From the NCBI GenBank assembly GCA_047150005.1, contig AP038806.1, forward strand, positions 2,624,001-2,688,000: a DNA stretch of 64,000 nt, given 5' to 3'. This DNA comes from Nitrospira sp. Its GTDB lineage: Bacteria > Nitrospirota > Nitrospiria > Nitrospirales > Nitrospiraceae. The translations under genes were made by a program, and so were the position numbers. Below are positions 17,066-28,789 of this stretch, piece by piece. Below the pieces are notes generated by a model. That model had not been told where the DNA came from, searched no databases, and worked only from the letters and a program-made list of their open reading frames with translations. The stretch's first letter is position 1. Each line of letters starts with the position of its first letter.

Positions 17066-17839
17066 TTAGGGGATTGGCTTGCGTTTCGCTGCGGCGATGA
17101 TCTTAACAAACGAATCCGGATTGAGACAAGCCCCGCCGACGAGTGCCCCGTCGATGTCGGATGCGTCGAGCAGCGAGGCGGCGTTTTGAGCTGTGACGCT
17201 GCCGCCATAGAGGATCCGCATCACCGCAGCCGCGTCGTCATTCCAGCTCTTGGCCAGGAAGGCCCGGATCGAGCGGTGAACGGCGGTGGCTTGGGCAACC
17301 GTTGCCGCTCGTCCCGTCCCGATCGCCCACACCGGTTCGTACGCGATAGTGACGGCCTTGAGGTCCTCGGCTGTGAGCTGATCCAAGCCGGAGGAAAGTT
17401 GCTCCTCGATGATGCGCTCCGTTTGTTCCGTCTCGCGCTCCGTCAGCGATTCGCCGACGCAGAGAATCGGTCGAAGACCGCATGTCACCGCCGCTTGGAC
17501 CTTTTTCTGGACGTCTGCGTTGCGTTCCCCGAACAGCGTGCGCCGCTCCGAGTGCCCCACGATCACATAACGGCATCCCAGGTCGAGCAGCATGACACCG
17601 GAGATCTCACCGGTGAAGGCCCCCTGTCGCTCCCAATGAAGACTCTGTGCTCCGAGCCCGATCCGAGAGGTCGGTCCCAGTGCCGACCGGACGGATTCCA
17701 GCGCGGTGAACGGCGGGGCGAGCACGACTTCGGCATCGGTGGAGGCTTCGACCAATTGCTGAAAGTCGCGAACAAAGGTCCGGGCTTCCGAAGCCGTCTT
17801 GTTCATCTTCCAATTGCCGACGATCAGCGGTGTTCGCAC
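17066..17839 (-). CDS. tpiA: Triosephosphate isomerase
   Basis: GNWKMN, GHSERR, AYEPVWAIGTG, YGGSV. Confidence 0.97.
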   Translation of the reverse strand: MRTPLIVGNWKMNKTASEARTFVRDFQQLVEASTDAEVVLAPPFTALESVRSALGPTSRIGLGAQSLHWERQGAFTGEISGVMLLDLGCRYVIVGHSERRTLFGERNADVQKKVQAAVTCGLRPILCVGESLTERETEQTERIIEEQLSSGLDQLTAEDLKAVTIAYEPVWAIGTGRAATVAQATAVHRSIRAFLAKSWNDDAAAVMRILYGGSVTAQNAASLLDASDIDGALVGGACLNPDSFVKIIAAAKRKPIP

Positions 17840-17880
17840 GGGATGTCCTGACGCTGGGACGGTTCAAGCGGAACGGTCGG

Positions 17881-19080
17881 TCAATCTTTCCGCTCGGGAA
17901 GGGCGGTCAGGCCGGGAAGCTGTTTTCCCTCGAGCAGTTCGAGCGCGGCGCCGCCGCCTGTGGAAATAAACGAGATATTTTCAGATTCCCCCGCTCGGTG
18001 TACGGCCATGGCCGTCTCGCCACCGCCTACGATCGTCAGCGCGTAGGCGTCGGCGACGGCGTGAGCGACCGAGAGCGTCCCTCTGGCGTAGGCGTCGATC
18101 TCGAACACACCCATCGGTCCGTTCCAGAGGATCGTCTTGGCGTTTTGGACAGCCTCACGGAACAGTTTGACCGAGGCGGGGCCGATATCGAGGGCGTACC
18201 ACCCCTTGGGAATCTCCTGGACCGGCACGATCTTCGTTTCGGCGCCGGGCTCGCGGCTGGCGGCCACGACGCAATCCACCGGCAGATAGAATTTGACGCC
18301 TCGCGAGAGCGCATGATCCTCGATGCCCTTGGCGAAGTCCAGCATGTCATTTTCGACCAGCGAGTTTCCGATTTCGAGCCCTTTGGCCTTGAGGAACGTG
18401 AAGGCCATTCCACCGCCGATAATGACCTTGTCCACGCGCTTTCCCAGGTTCTCGATGACGCCGATCTTGCCCGACACTTTGGCGCCGCCGAGAATGGCGA
18501 CGAAAGGGCGAACCGGATTGGCCACCGCTCCTTCGAGATACTCGATTTCCTTCTTCAGGAGGAAGCCGGCCGCCGAAGCGGGAATGAACTTGGTGATGCC
18601 GACGGTGGACGCATGGGCCCGGTGGGCGGCGCCGAATGCGTCGTTGATATACACGTCGCCCAGCGACGCGAGCGCCTTGGAAAAGTTTTCGTCGTTCTTT
18701 TCTTCACCCTCGTGAAAGCGGAGATTCTCCAGGAGCATGACGTCGCCTGGGTTCATTTTTGCGACGAGCCCCTCGACGGCGGGGCCGATGCAGTCCGGCG
18801 CAAAAATCACATTCTTTCCCAGAAGCCTGCCCAGCCGTTTGGCGATTGGCGCCAGACTGTATTTCGGGTCGAACCGGCTTTTCGGACGGCCCAGATGCGA
18901 ACATAAAATGACCTTGCCCCCGTCGTCGACGACGCGATTGATGGTGGGAAGGGTTGAGCGGATTCGGGTGTCGTCCGTGATCTGCAAGGAATCGTCGAGC
19001 GGAACGTTGAAGTCCGCGCGGATGATCACCCGTTTGCCGCTCAGTGTGAGGTCGTCAATGGTTTGCTTGTGGAGATTCAT
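17881..19080 (-). CDS. pgk: Phosphoglycerate kinase
   Basis: RADFNVPL, SHLGRP, GGAKVSGK, STGGGA. Confidence 0.97.
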   Translation of the reverse strand: MNLHKQTIDDLTLSGKRVIIRADFNVPLDDSLQITDDTRIRSTLPTINRVVDDGGKVILCSHLGRPKSRFDPKYSLAPIAKRLGRLLGKNVIFAPDCIGPAVEGLVAKMNPGDVMLLENLRFHEGEEKNDENFSKALASLGDVYINDAFGAAHRAHASTVGITKFIPASAAGFLLKKEIEYLEGAVANPVRPFVAILGGAKVSGKIGVIENLGKRVDKVIIGGGMAFTFLKAKGLEIGNSLVENDMLDFAKGIEDHALSRGVKFYLPVDCVVAASREPGAETKIVPVQEIPKGWYALDIGPASVKLFREAVQNAKTILWNGPMGVFEIDAYARGTLSVAHAVADAYALTIVGGGETAMAVHRAGESENISFISTGGGAALELLEGKQLPGLTALPERKD

Positions 19081-19148
19081 GGCTGATCGTTACTTTGGGT
19101 CTGGGCCCCCAAGGAAAATGGGGGTGGAACGGAATCAGTTCACGGGCA

Positions 19149-20291
<1,143 letters not shown>

Positions 20292-20409
20292 TCAGGGCGG
20301 ATTGCGGGAATTTAGGTGTGGGCTCGACGCCGCTTCCCGGAGTGACTTGCGTCCGCAGCATGGCCGTAGGTAGAGTCCGCCCGTGATGAGTATGCCACGG
20401 CGATCCACT

Positions 20410-22821
20410 ATGGCCGAACTCACGACTCGAGTGCTCGAATGGAACGCCCTCCTGGAGGTCCTCGCGACGCATGCCCGCTCTCCAATGGGGGTTGCCCGTT
20501 GCGGCTCTCTGGTCTTGACGGCCGATATCCAAGCGGCCCGGAGGCGACAGCAGGAAACCTGGGAGATGGTGCAGCTTCAGGACAGTCTCGATCCCATGCC
20601 TGCTCTTTCTTTCCCCGATGTTCGTGAGCCGCTGTCCCGGGCAAGCAAAGGAGCGGCATTGGATGCTCATGAGCTGCGAGATCACACGGTGGTCCTCTCT
20701 TTGTGGTCGGAGATTTTCCGGTATATGCGACGACATGGGCGGGAGGCGCCTGCATTGGCGACGGCGGCAGCCACTCTGGAAACGCTTCCTGAATTGGGAG
20801 CCATCATTGCCGCCCTGGAGGAGGCCATTCACATCGATGGATCGATGAAGGAGTCCGCGTCACCCGGACTGCTTCGGCTGACGCATCAGGCCAACGATCT
20901 GAAGCAGCGGACCCGGCATCGGCTCGACGACCTCCTTCGTTCTCAATCCTATGAGGAGATTTTACAGGAGCCGTATTTCGATCAACGCGAGGGGCGCTAT
21001 GTGTTGCCGATCAAGGCTGGTCTGCAAGGGCGCGTCTCAGGAATCGTGCATGATGTCTCGTCCAGCGGAGCAACCGTGTTTTTTGAGCCACGCGAATTGG
21101 TGGAACTGAACAATGCCATCAAGCTTGCCGAACTGGAAATCGATCGGGAGGCGAGGAGGATTCTCAGGGAACTGTCCGGTCTGATTGCTGCGCAAGCGGA
21201 AAGAATTGGAGCCGGCCTCGAGGTGTTGGCCGAATTGGATGAGATCGCCGCACGGGCGTCATTCAGCCGCCGCATGGGGGCTCAGCCTGTGGCGTTGAAC
21301 ACCGATGGACTGATCCGTGTCAAAGGGGCGAAACACCCTTTGTTGATCCTGTCGAGAGATCACGTGATCGCCAACGACATTGTGTTGGACGAGACGGTCA
21401 AAGTCCTGATCATCTCTGGTCCGAACACGGGCGGGAAAACGGTCACGCTCAAGATTCTCGGTCTGTTCGCCTTGATGGTCCAGGCGGGGTTGCTGCTTCC
21501 TTGCGAGGCGGAGTCCGACATGGCGGTCTTTTCAGCCGTCTATGCGGATATCGGGGATGCGCAGGATTTGGCGCACGACCTGTCGAGTTTTTCCGCCCAT
21601 ATGACGCAGATGATCGGGTTGTTGCGAGAGGCGGAACAGGCCGGTGACTCCCACTCCGGACCGCAGGCCTCCCCGGCGCTGGTGTTGCTCGACGAACCGG
21701 TCACCTCGACGGATCCGACCGAAGGGGCTGCCTTGGCGGAGGCGCTGCTGTGTCGTCTTGCGGCGCTGGGGATGAAGGTCGTGGCCACGACGCATTACCG
21801 GTCTCTGAAGGCTTTGGCGCAGACCAAGGCGGGATTCGCCAATGCCAGCGTGGGGTTCGACTTGGCGACGCTCTCGCCGACCTATCAGTTGTTCCTCGGT
21901 ATGCCAGGCGGGTCCTCGGCCCTCGAGATCGCCGGTCGACTGGGTATGGACCAAGCCGTACTGGATGACGCCAGGCAGAAGTTGGGGCAAGAGGACCGGG
22001 CGTTCGAACGGATGTTAAGCGATCTGCATGGCAAGCAACGCCAATTGGCCGAGGACCTCACTCGAATCTCAGAGTCAAGGACCCAAGCGGAAGAGGCCGC
22101 TCGGCTGGCCAAAGGAGAGCTGGCCCGGTTGGAATCGACCGAGCGGGAGGCGAAGAAGAGCATCAGGAAAAAACTACAAGATCAGTTTAGCCGCGCGAGA
22201 GCCGAGGTGCAGGCGACGGTCGACGAGGCGAAACGAGAGCAGAAGCTCATGACGGCGCAGGCGGCGAAGCGACGGCTCGCTGAACTGGAAGCACAGTCGC
22301 GTGAAGCTCTGGAGCCGGAGCGGGTTCGAGTCCCGATCGAACAGCTGAAGGTCGGCGATCTGGTCGAGATCGGGGGGCTCAGCACGATCGGAACGCTGCT
22401 CGAATCACCCCTCGGCAAGAAGCGCGTCCGCGTGAGAGTCGGAGAAGGGGAGGTGTCTGCTCTGTGTGCCGGGTTGATCGGGGTCGTTCAGGATGCCGGA
22501 GGCGGGAAGGACGTTTCACCCGTTCGACCGGTCCCGCTTGCGGTCACGACACGGCCGCGTGCCTATCATGCTTCTGAACAGAGCGTCGTGGATGTGCGGG
22601 GCAAGACGGCGGACGAGGCGCTGCAGGAAGTTGTGGCGGTCTTGGATCGAGCGGCATTGGCGGGCGCGCCCCTCGTCCGGGTGATTCACGGACACGGAAC
22701 CGGCCGCCTAAAGGCTGCCGTGCGGGACTATCTCGGTCGCTCGCCCTACGTCAAAGATTTCCGATCCGGAGATCGATCGGAAGGAGGAGACGGTGTCACC
22801 GTGGCGCGACTGCGCGAATGA
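20410..22821 (+). CDS. mutS2: Endonuclease MutS2
   Basis: ISGPNTGGKTV, LSSFSAHM, C-terminal Smr domain VIHGHGTGRLK...GGDGVT. Confidence 0.93.
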   Translation: MAELTTRVLEWNALLEVLATHARSPMGVARCGSLVLTADIQAARRRQQETWEMVQLQDSLDPMPALSFPDVREPLSRASKGAALDAHELRDHTVVLSLWSEIFRYMRRHGREAPALATAAATLETLPELGAIIAALEEAIHIDGSMKESASPGLLRLTHQANDLKQRTRHRLDDLLRSQSYEEILQEPYFDQREGRYVLPIKAGLQGRVSGIVHDVSSSGATVFFEPRELVELNNAIKLAELEIDREARRILRELSGLIAAQAERIGAGLEVLAELDEIAARASFSRRMGAQPVALNTDGLIRVKGAKHPLLILSRDHVIANDIVLDETVKVLIISGPNTGGKTVTLKILGLFALMVQAGLLLPCEAESDMAVFSAVYADIGDAQDLAHDLSSFSAHMTQMIGLLREAEQAGDSHSGPQASPALVLLDEPVTSTDPTEGAALAEALLCRLAALGMKVVATTHYRSLKALAQTKAGFANASVGFDLATLSPTYQLFLGMPGGSSALEIAGRLGMDQAVLDDARQKLGQEDRAFERMLSDLHGKQRQLAEDLTRISESRTQAEEAARLAKGELARLESTEREAKKSIRKKLQDQFSRARAEVQATVDEAKREQKLMTAQAAKRRLAELEAQSREALEPERVRVPIEQLKVGDLVEIGGLSTIGTLLESPLGKKRVRVRVGEGEVSALCAGLIGVVQDAGGGKDVSPVRPVPLAVTTRPRAYHASEQSVVDVRGKTADEALQEVVAVLDRAALAGAPLVRVIHGHGTGRLKAAVRDYLGRSPYVKDFRSGDRSEGGDGVTVARLRE

Positions 22822-22862
22822 TCGGGAAGAAGGACGTTCACCGGCTATAATCAACGATGCGG

Positions 22863-24233
22863 TCAACAGAGATGGTATTTGGCCATGCGATACCGCAAGG
22901 TATTTCTTGTCAGTTTGAGAAGGCGACTGGCTTCGGAAATGTTCCCTCCCGCCTGGTGCAGCGCCTCCATCAGCATTTTCTTCTCCATGTCCTGCAGGGA
23001 AAGACCGAACGCCAGCAATGAGGGTTTGGGTTGACCGTCCGGAAGGTCTCCATTGGTGCGGGGTGTCCGCCCGTCGGTGCTCGAAAAAGAGGCCGGGAGA
23101 TGCTCAGGGAGGATCGTTGGATTCTTGCAAGTGATCGTCAACCCTTCCACGACGTTGTGCAGTTCCCGGACGTTGCCGGGCCAATCATGTCGGCGCAGCA
23201 ATTCGATAGCCGCAGGACTGACACCTGGAACGCGACGACCGCGGTCGCGACGAATCGTGTCCAAGAAGTGCCGGACCAGCGGTTCGATATCGTCGGGCCG
23301 TTCACGCAAGGGCGGAATCCTCAACTGATACACGTTCAACCGGTAATACAGGTCCAGACGAAACTTTCCCGCCTTAATGTGAGCCGGAAGGTCCTCGTTG
23401 GTCGCGGCGACGACGCGGATGTCGACCGGAATGTCGCGCGTATCGCCCAGCGGACTGATCACGTGGTCCTCGAGAACCCGTAGGAGCTTGGCCTGTGCCA
23501 TGGGGCTGACTTCGCCGATTTCGTCCAGAAACAGCGTGCCTCCCTCGGCGGCTTGGAAACGTCCGAGCTTGGGCTGTTTGGCGTCAGTAAAGGCTCCTCG
23601 CTGGTATCCGAACAACTCCGATTCCATCAGGTGTTCGGGGATTCCCGCGCAGTTCAACGCGACGAACGGTCCTTTGGATCGCGGGCCCGCCGCGTGGATG
23701 GCATGGGCGAAGAGCTCCTTGCCTGTTCCACTTTCTCCGGTGATCAGCACGGTCGCGTCCGTTGCGGCGACTTCGGCCGCCAGATGCTTGACCAGCCGCA
23801 TTTGGGGGGACACGCTGACGATCCGGTCGAAACCCGACGGTGTGGTTGCGGGCGCTTGGTCGGCAGCGGCCGTGATCTGCATCCGAAGGAGGGTTGTATG
23901 GACATCGGCTTGCTTCAACGGGTTGACCAGATAATCCGCCGCTCCCAACTGCAACGCTTCCACTGCAGCCCGTGCCGAGTCCTCGGCACCCACGACCACG
24001 ATCGGAGTCAAGGGAGCCACGTTTCGAAATCGCGCGAACATGGAGACTAACGGCAGGCTCTGCCGGTGCTCATCGAAGATGATGCAGTTAAAACTTGTCC
24101 GCTGCCCGAGTATGTGAAGGCCTTCCTCCAACGTGGAGGCGAACTGCAGGGTGATATTCAGGTCCGAGACGGATTTCTCGAGGATCGTCTTCGTCGAAGG
24201 ATTGCTCGAAATGACGAGAAGCAGAGGAGGCAT
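22863..24233 (-). CDS. Sigma54-dependent NtrC-like regulator (atypical receiver, AAA+, Fis HTH)
   Basis: GESGTGKE, ESELFG, GAFTDA, FLDEIGE, WPGNVREL, C-terminal HTH. Confidence 0.92.
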   Translation of the reverse strand: MPPLLLVISSNPSTKTILEKSVSDLNITLQFASTLEEGLHILGQRTSFNCIIFDEHRQSLPLVSMFARFRNVAPLTPIVVVGAEDSARAAVEALQLGAADYLVNPLKQADVHTTLLRMQITAAADQAPATTPSGFDRIVSVSPQMRLVKHLAAEVAATDATVLITGESGTGKELFAHAIHAAGPRSKGPFVALNCAGIPEHLMESELFGYQRGAFTDAKQPKLGRFQAAEGGTLFLDEIGEVSPMAQAKLLRVLEDHVISPLGDTRDIPVDIRVVAATNEDLPAHIKAGKFRLDLYYRLNVYQLRIPPLRERPDDIEPLVRHFLDTIRRDRGRRVPGVSPAAIELLRRHDWPGNVRELHNVVEGLTITCKNPTILPEHLPASFSSTDGRTPRTNGDLPDGQPKPSLLAFGLSLQDMEKKMLMEALHQAGGNISEASRLLKLTRNTLRYRMAKYHLC

Positions 24234-24286
24234 AAGGCACTGCTGTTGTGGTCGATAGCCGTTGCGCCGCCTCGTTGAGCCTACTC

Positions 24287-25267
24287 CTATTCGATTGGGG
24301 ATGAAAGGGGGGGCTTCTTCGTATGGCGGGTCTCGTTCTGCTGAGCAATGGCCACGTTGCGCAGCAATCCGTCCCTCTTCGCCCGGCGGACCGGGCTGTC
24401 ACGGAATCGCTCCGTGAAGGCGGCTTCGGTCAACTCGGCCAATTCCGACAGGCGCGGGGCCAGAGAGACGGGCGTCGGGGAAAACGCCGTATCCGCTTTC
24501 CCTTCGGCTTGCAGATTGAACGGACAGACATCGAGACAGTCATCGCACCCGAAGATATGGTTGCCCATCCGTTGCCGTATTTCGTGTGCGATCATGTCTC
24601 CGGTGCCCCGGAATTCGATCGTGAGATAAGAAATGCAGCGCCGCGCATCGACGACATACGGCTCGACGATCGCCCCGGTCGGACAGGCCTGAATACAGAG
24701 ACGGCAGCTGCCGCAGAGGTCGGTCGCGGCTTCGTCGGGTGTCAGTTCCAGCGTGGTCAGCACTTCCCCGAGCAACAGCCAGGAGCCGTGTTGTGCTGAC
24801 ACGAGATTGGAGTGTTTGCCGATCCATCCCAGGCCGGCCTGCTGGGCCCAGGCTTTCTCCATGACGGGGCCGGTATCGACGTAGAGACGGGTCTCCGCCT
24901 CGGGTGCCAAGGCTTTGATCCGGCTCTCCAGCCGGGTGAGACGGTCTCCGAGCGTGCGATGATAATCCCGTCCCCATGCGTAGCGGGCGATGCGTCCGAA
25001 CCCTGGTCCTTCGGTTGCCCGGTGTCCCGTGTCGTAATTGAGCCCCACGGACACGATGGAGCGGCAGTTGGGCAGGACCACCGTCGGGTCGGCCCGGCGA
25101 GACGGGTCCCGCGCCAGCCAGGCCATCGTCCCGTGATAGCGGCGAGCCAACCACTCCTCCAGTCGATCGAGCAGGGTTGCCGAATTGGCTTGAGCGACCG
25201 AGCAGATTCCGACGGCGTCAAAGCCCAGAGCGATCGCTTCCTGCCGGATCACCGCCGAGAGCGACAT
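24287..25267 (-). CDS. queG: tRNA epoxyqueuosine reductase
   Basis: IARYAWGRDYH, VDTGPVMEK, CGSCRLCIQACPTGA, FGCDDCLDVCP. Confidence 0.95.
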   Translation of the reverse strand: MSLSAVIRQEAIALGFDAVGICSVAQANSATLLDRLEEWLARRYHGTMAWLARDPSRRADPTVVLPNCRSIVSVGLNYDTGHRATEGPGFGRIARYAWGRDYHRTLGDRLTRLESRIKALAPEAETRLYVDTGPVMEKAWAQQAGLGWIGKHSNLVSAQHGSWLLLGEVLTTLELTPDEAATDLCGSCRLCIQACPTGAIVEPYVVDARRCISYLTIEFRGTGDMIAHEIRQRMGNHIFGCDDCLDVCPFNLQAEGKADTAFSPTPVSLAPRLSELAELTEAAFTERFRDSPVRRAKRDGLLRNVAIAQQNETRHTKKPPLSSPIE

Positions 25268-25269
25268 GG

Positions 25270-25635
25270 CTAACGTTGTGTGCAGTCAAATCGAACGATG
25301 AATTGGACGGAACAATGCTCGGTGCCGCAGCGTCCGCACGTACCGGTGATCCTGGTTTTCCAGTCGGTGTGTTTTTCGTGAAACTGACAGGTCATTTTGC
25401 CGCCCTTGGAAATCGTCGTCCAGGGCTTGGTCGTACCGGGAATGCGGGCGACGAGGCAGCCGGCCGGTATCGGGACCTGGCAATGTTGGGAAGCCTCTCC
25501 CTTCGCCATCCCGAAGCTGCAGGACTGCTCCGTTGTGGCCGTGAAATCGGAGGGGCTTTGAGCCGTAGCGGTGGAAGAGGGCCAGGCCCACAGGATGAGC
25601 AGCGCGCAGCTCAGCAATCGGTATGAGGAGTGCAT
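25270..25635 (-). CDS. Small exported Cys-rich hypothetical protein
   Basis: Signal peptide followed by 8 Cys; extended -10 upstream. Confidence 0.6.
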   Translation of the reverse strand: MHSSYRLLSCALLILWAWPSSTATAQSPSDFTATTEQSCSFGMAKGEASQHCQVPIPAGCLVARIPGTTKPWTTISKGGKMTCQFHEKHTDWKTRITGTCGRCGTEHCSVQFIVRFDCTQR

Positions 25636-25867
25636 CCTGGCGATGGTAGCACAGCGTCCGAGCTTGCGGCTATGGACGACTCTGCGTAGAATCTCGCCCG
25701 GGCGTTGAATGGACCCCAACGGCGTGCAGCACGGATCCGCCGTCGGCGAGCACGCTCCAGGACGGCGTGAGCGAGCCTGTCTGTATTGTTGCTCACCGCG
25801 TCAGCCTGAATGAACGATGTGCATCCCGCATGTGTGGTGACGACAGATAATCCTTGGGGGAGGAACC

Positions 25868-26980
25868 ATGCTGGCCACGCGGATTCGTCAGAAGGAAGGC
25901 ATGTTTTACTTCATCGGATACAACGCGGCCGATCTGCTTGCGAAGGTGCAGTTCACCAGCCGGTATTACTTCGAAGGCGAGGAGCTCTCGGAAGCGAAAC
26001 TTTCCGAGCACGACGACGTCGCGCAGTTCATCGCCGGGATCGAGCGGAGCGAAAAGGGCTTTCAACGTTTGCTGAATCGACAGAAGGTCAAACAGATCGT
26101 GAATTTTTATGAAACGGTGGTGGCGCAGCCCATGATTCCCGGGACGGTGCTGCTTTTCACCGACGAAACACTCCGTTTTCAGCGCGCCGGCGAACATGAA
26201 TCCATCGGCCATCTGAGCGAGCCGAAGGGAAAGTATCTGATCATCGACGGGCAGCACCGGCTCGCCGGGCTGCACTTTTTTCAACAACGCCATCCGGATC
26301 AGATCGACAAGGTGGAGGTCCCCTGCATTCTCTTCGACGGCAGAACCGCGGAGTTCGCCACCGAGATGTTCGTCATCATCAACAGCACGCACACGCGGAT
26401 CAACCGATCGCATCTCGTGGATCTCTATGAGAAGGTGTCGTGGGAAAGTCCCGAGAAGAAATTCGCCGCCAAGGTCGTCAATCTGCTCTATGGGGAATCG
26501 GACTCTCCGCTGCAATACAAGATCAATCGGTTGGGCGGACGAAGCAAACAAGAAAAGTGGATCCTGCAGTCCGAAATCTTCAACGAATTGCTCAAAGTCG
26601 TGACGGCCCACAAGCGATGGATCGAATCCCATTTTGGCATGAATCCGGAGCGATGTTATGGGCTGGTGCGGGACTATCTCAAGGGCGTCAAAGACGTCAT
26701 GCAGGATGTGTGGGGGCAGAACGAGCGGTACATGTTCACCCGCGACGTCACGCTGAAGGCGCTCATTCGGGTGCTCGACGACATCGTCGTCGATCGAAAG
26801 CTGATCAACGACTGGGAGTCACAGCGGTCGGCCAAGCCGTTCGCCGATCTCGTCAGACCGTGGGCGGCGCTGGGAAAAGAATTCAGGGCCGAGGGATTCT
26901 ATGAGCGGTTTCCGGCAAAAGGCCAGCTGGAGCGCGTGCGAAGGATTCACCAACGGCTTCTGGATGCGATTATCGGGTAG
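25868..26980 (+). CDS. DGQHR-domain (DndB-like, ParB/Srx superfamily) protein
   Basis: GFQRLL, IIDGQHRLAG, FVIINST; GGAGG RBS. Confidence 0.9.
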   Translation: MLATRIRQKEGMFYFIGYNAADLLAKVQFTSRYYFEGEELSEAKLSEHDDVAQFIAGIERSEKGFQRLLNRQKVKQIVNFYETVVAQPMIPGTVLLFTDETLRFQRAGEHESIGHLSEPKGKYLIIDGQHRLAGLHFFQQRHPDQIDKVEVPCILFDGRTAEFATEMFVIINSTHTRINRSHLVDLYEKVSWESPEKKFAAKVVNLLYGESDSPLQYKINRLGGRSKQEKWILQSEIFNELLKVVTAHKRWIESHFGMNPERCYGLVRDYLKGVKDVMQDVWGQNERYMFTRDVTLKALIRVLDDIVVDRKLINDWESQRSAKPFADLVRPWAALGKEFRAEGFYERFPAKGQLERVRRIHQRLLDAIIG

Positions 26981-27560
26981 TCGGAGCCTCGCGCCGGTGT
27001 TCACCCTTCTGGCGTTGACGTGTGCGATCGGATGGCCCGAGATTGCCGTTCCATCCGCCGGCGCCGCGACAGATTCGGATGAGCTTGAAGTCAGAACCGA
27101 GCCGGATGGTGGAGTCCGGGCGACGGCGAGGATCGTCTTCGACGCCAGGCCCGGTGTACTGTTCGCCATCCTGACGGATTATGCGCACTGGCCGGAGTTG
27201 TTCGAGGTGCGCATGAGGCTGGTGGACCTCAAGATTCGAGATGGCATTGCCAGGACCGACCTTCGCATCGAGCACGCCCTGCTGCCCGGCGAACGGCGCC
27301 TGGTCACGGAGTCACGGACGGTTGCGGATCGCAGTATCGTCACCGACCTCCTGGAGGGCGATTTCAAACGGTACCATCGCGCCTGGAGGTTGAGCCCCGC
27401 GGACGGAGGCGCACATACACTGGCAGAATTTCAGCTGCTTGTCGCAATCGACTCGATGGTGCCGGACTGGCTGGTCTCCATCGCCATGCGGCGTGAATTG
27501 GAGTCGCACTTCCGGATCGTCAAGAAGAAGGCAATGGAGCGGGCTGGGGCGGAAAGATGA
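26964..27560 (+). CDS. SRPBCC/polyketide-cyclase-like protein (start uncertain)
   Basis: LFAILTDYAHWPELF, LEGDFKRYHRAW, C-terminal helix; N-terminal hydrophobic segment. Confidence 0.7.
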   Translation: MRLSGSRSLAPVFTLLALTCAIGWPEIAVPSAGAATDSDELEVRTEPDGGVRATARIVFDARPGVLFAILTDYAHWPELFEVRMRLVDLKIRDGIARTDLRIEHALLPGERRLVTESRTVADRSIVTDLLEGDFKRYHRAWRLSPADGGAHTLAEFQLLVAIDSMVPDWLVSIAMRRELESHFRIVKKKAMERAGAER

Positions 27561-28722
27561 ACTCGGACGGCTCCGCGGCGTCCACACCCTGTTTGACGAG
27601 TCCGCCTATGTCGAAGCTTCGTTCGATTCGCCGAATATCATCGATCCTGGTTCGCGTGCTGGGATGCGGCGGCGTAAAGAGCGAGCAACAGTCCTCATCC
27701 GGCTCGATCGAGGTGGTGAATGTCCCGATGTGTTCCGCTTGGCGTGTGATTTCCGTCTTATCCATCCCGATCAACGGCCGCAAGATCGGGAGTTCCGCGG
27801 CTTCCTCGATGACCGTGAGATTCTCCGGAGTTTGAGAGGCGACCTGTCCCAGACTGTCCCCGGTCACGAGTCCCCAGCACTTCTCCCGTTGTGCCAGTTC
27901 GCCTGCGATGCGGACCATAAGACGGCGATAGAGAACCACCCGGTAGGGCGCGGGCGCCTGTGCCACGATTTCGCGTTGGATTGTGCCAAACGGGACGACG
28001 TACAGTTTCGAGCGGTATTGATAGGCGGTCAGCATCTGGACCAACTCGCGGACCTTTTCCTCCGAGGCGCGGCTCACCAGGGGGCGTCCGGAGAAATGGA
28101 CGAACAGGGCGTTGCAGCCGCGTTTCATCATGCGATAGGCGGCGACAGGGGAATCGATGCCGCCTGAGATGAGGCAAGCCACGGTGCCGCTGACGCCCAC
28201 CGGCATGCCTCCGGGGCCTTCGATTTTGTCCAATGAGAAATAGGCCTCCTTGCTCAAAAGATGGACATAGACCGTCAAATCCGGATTCTTGAGCTGTACC
28301 TTCTTGCCTGTGACCCGATGCAGGTAGGCTCCGACCGCTCGTTCCACGTCCATCGACGTCAGGACCAAACGCTTGTCTGCGCGTCTTGCCGTCACCCGAA
28401 AACTTTCGAATTCCTGATGGACAAGGGTTTCACCGATCTTGGCCGCCAAGACATCTACGTTCGGGCTCGCCAGATTCAACTCCACGGCCTCCGCGAGCGA
28501 AAAATTGGCGATGCCGAAGACCCGCCGCAAGCGATCGGCTACTTGCCGATCGTCCCTCTCGGGCGGCAGAGCGATGCGGATGCGGCTGCGCAGACTTTCA
28601 ACGCGTTTGATATGAAGGTCGCGAAGCGAGGAGCGAATGTTCTGAATCAGCCGCCGCTCGAAGAAGTCACGATTGCGACCCTTCAATGCGAGTTCATGGT
28701 AGTGGATGATGACGTACTTCAT
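27520..28722 (-). CDS. thiI: tRNA 4-thiouridine(8) synthase, no rhodanese domain
   Basis: ELALKGRNR, THUMP domain, SGGIDSPVA PP-loop, GDSLGQVASQT, DCC. Confidence 0.95.
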   Translation of the reverse strand: MKYVIIHYHELALKGRNRDFFERRLIQNIRSSLRDLHIKRVESLRSRIRIALPPERDDRQVADRLRRVFGIANFSLAEAVELNLASPNVDVLAAKIGETLVHQEFESFRVTARRADKRLVLTSMDVERAVGAYLHRVTGKKVQLKNPDLTVYVHLLSKEAYFSLDKIEGPGGMPVGVSGTVACLISGGIDSPVAAYRMMKRGCNALFVHFSGRPLVSRASEEKVRELVQMLTAYQYRSKLYVVPFGTIQREIVAQAPAPYRVVLYRRLMVRIAGELAQREKCWGLVTGDSLGQVASQTPENLTVIEEAAELPILRPLIGMDKTEITRQAEHIGTFTTSIEPDEDCCSLFTPPHPSTRTRIDDIRRIERSFDIGGLVKQGVDAAEPSEFIFPPQPAPLPSS

Positions 28723-28789
28723 GGGAGGAGTCGACCGTGCGCGGTTCGATACGTCCGATGCGCGTCCGTCTGAGGGCCGATCGATCGAG

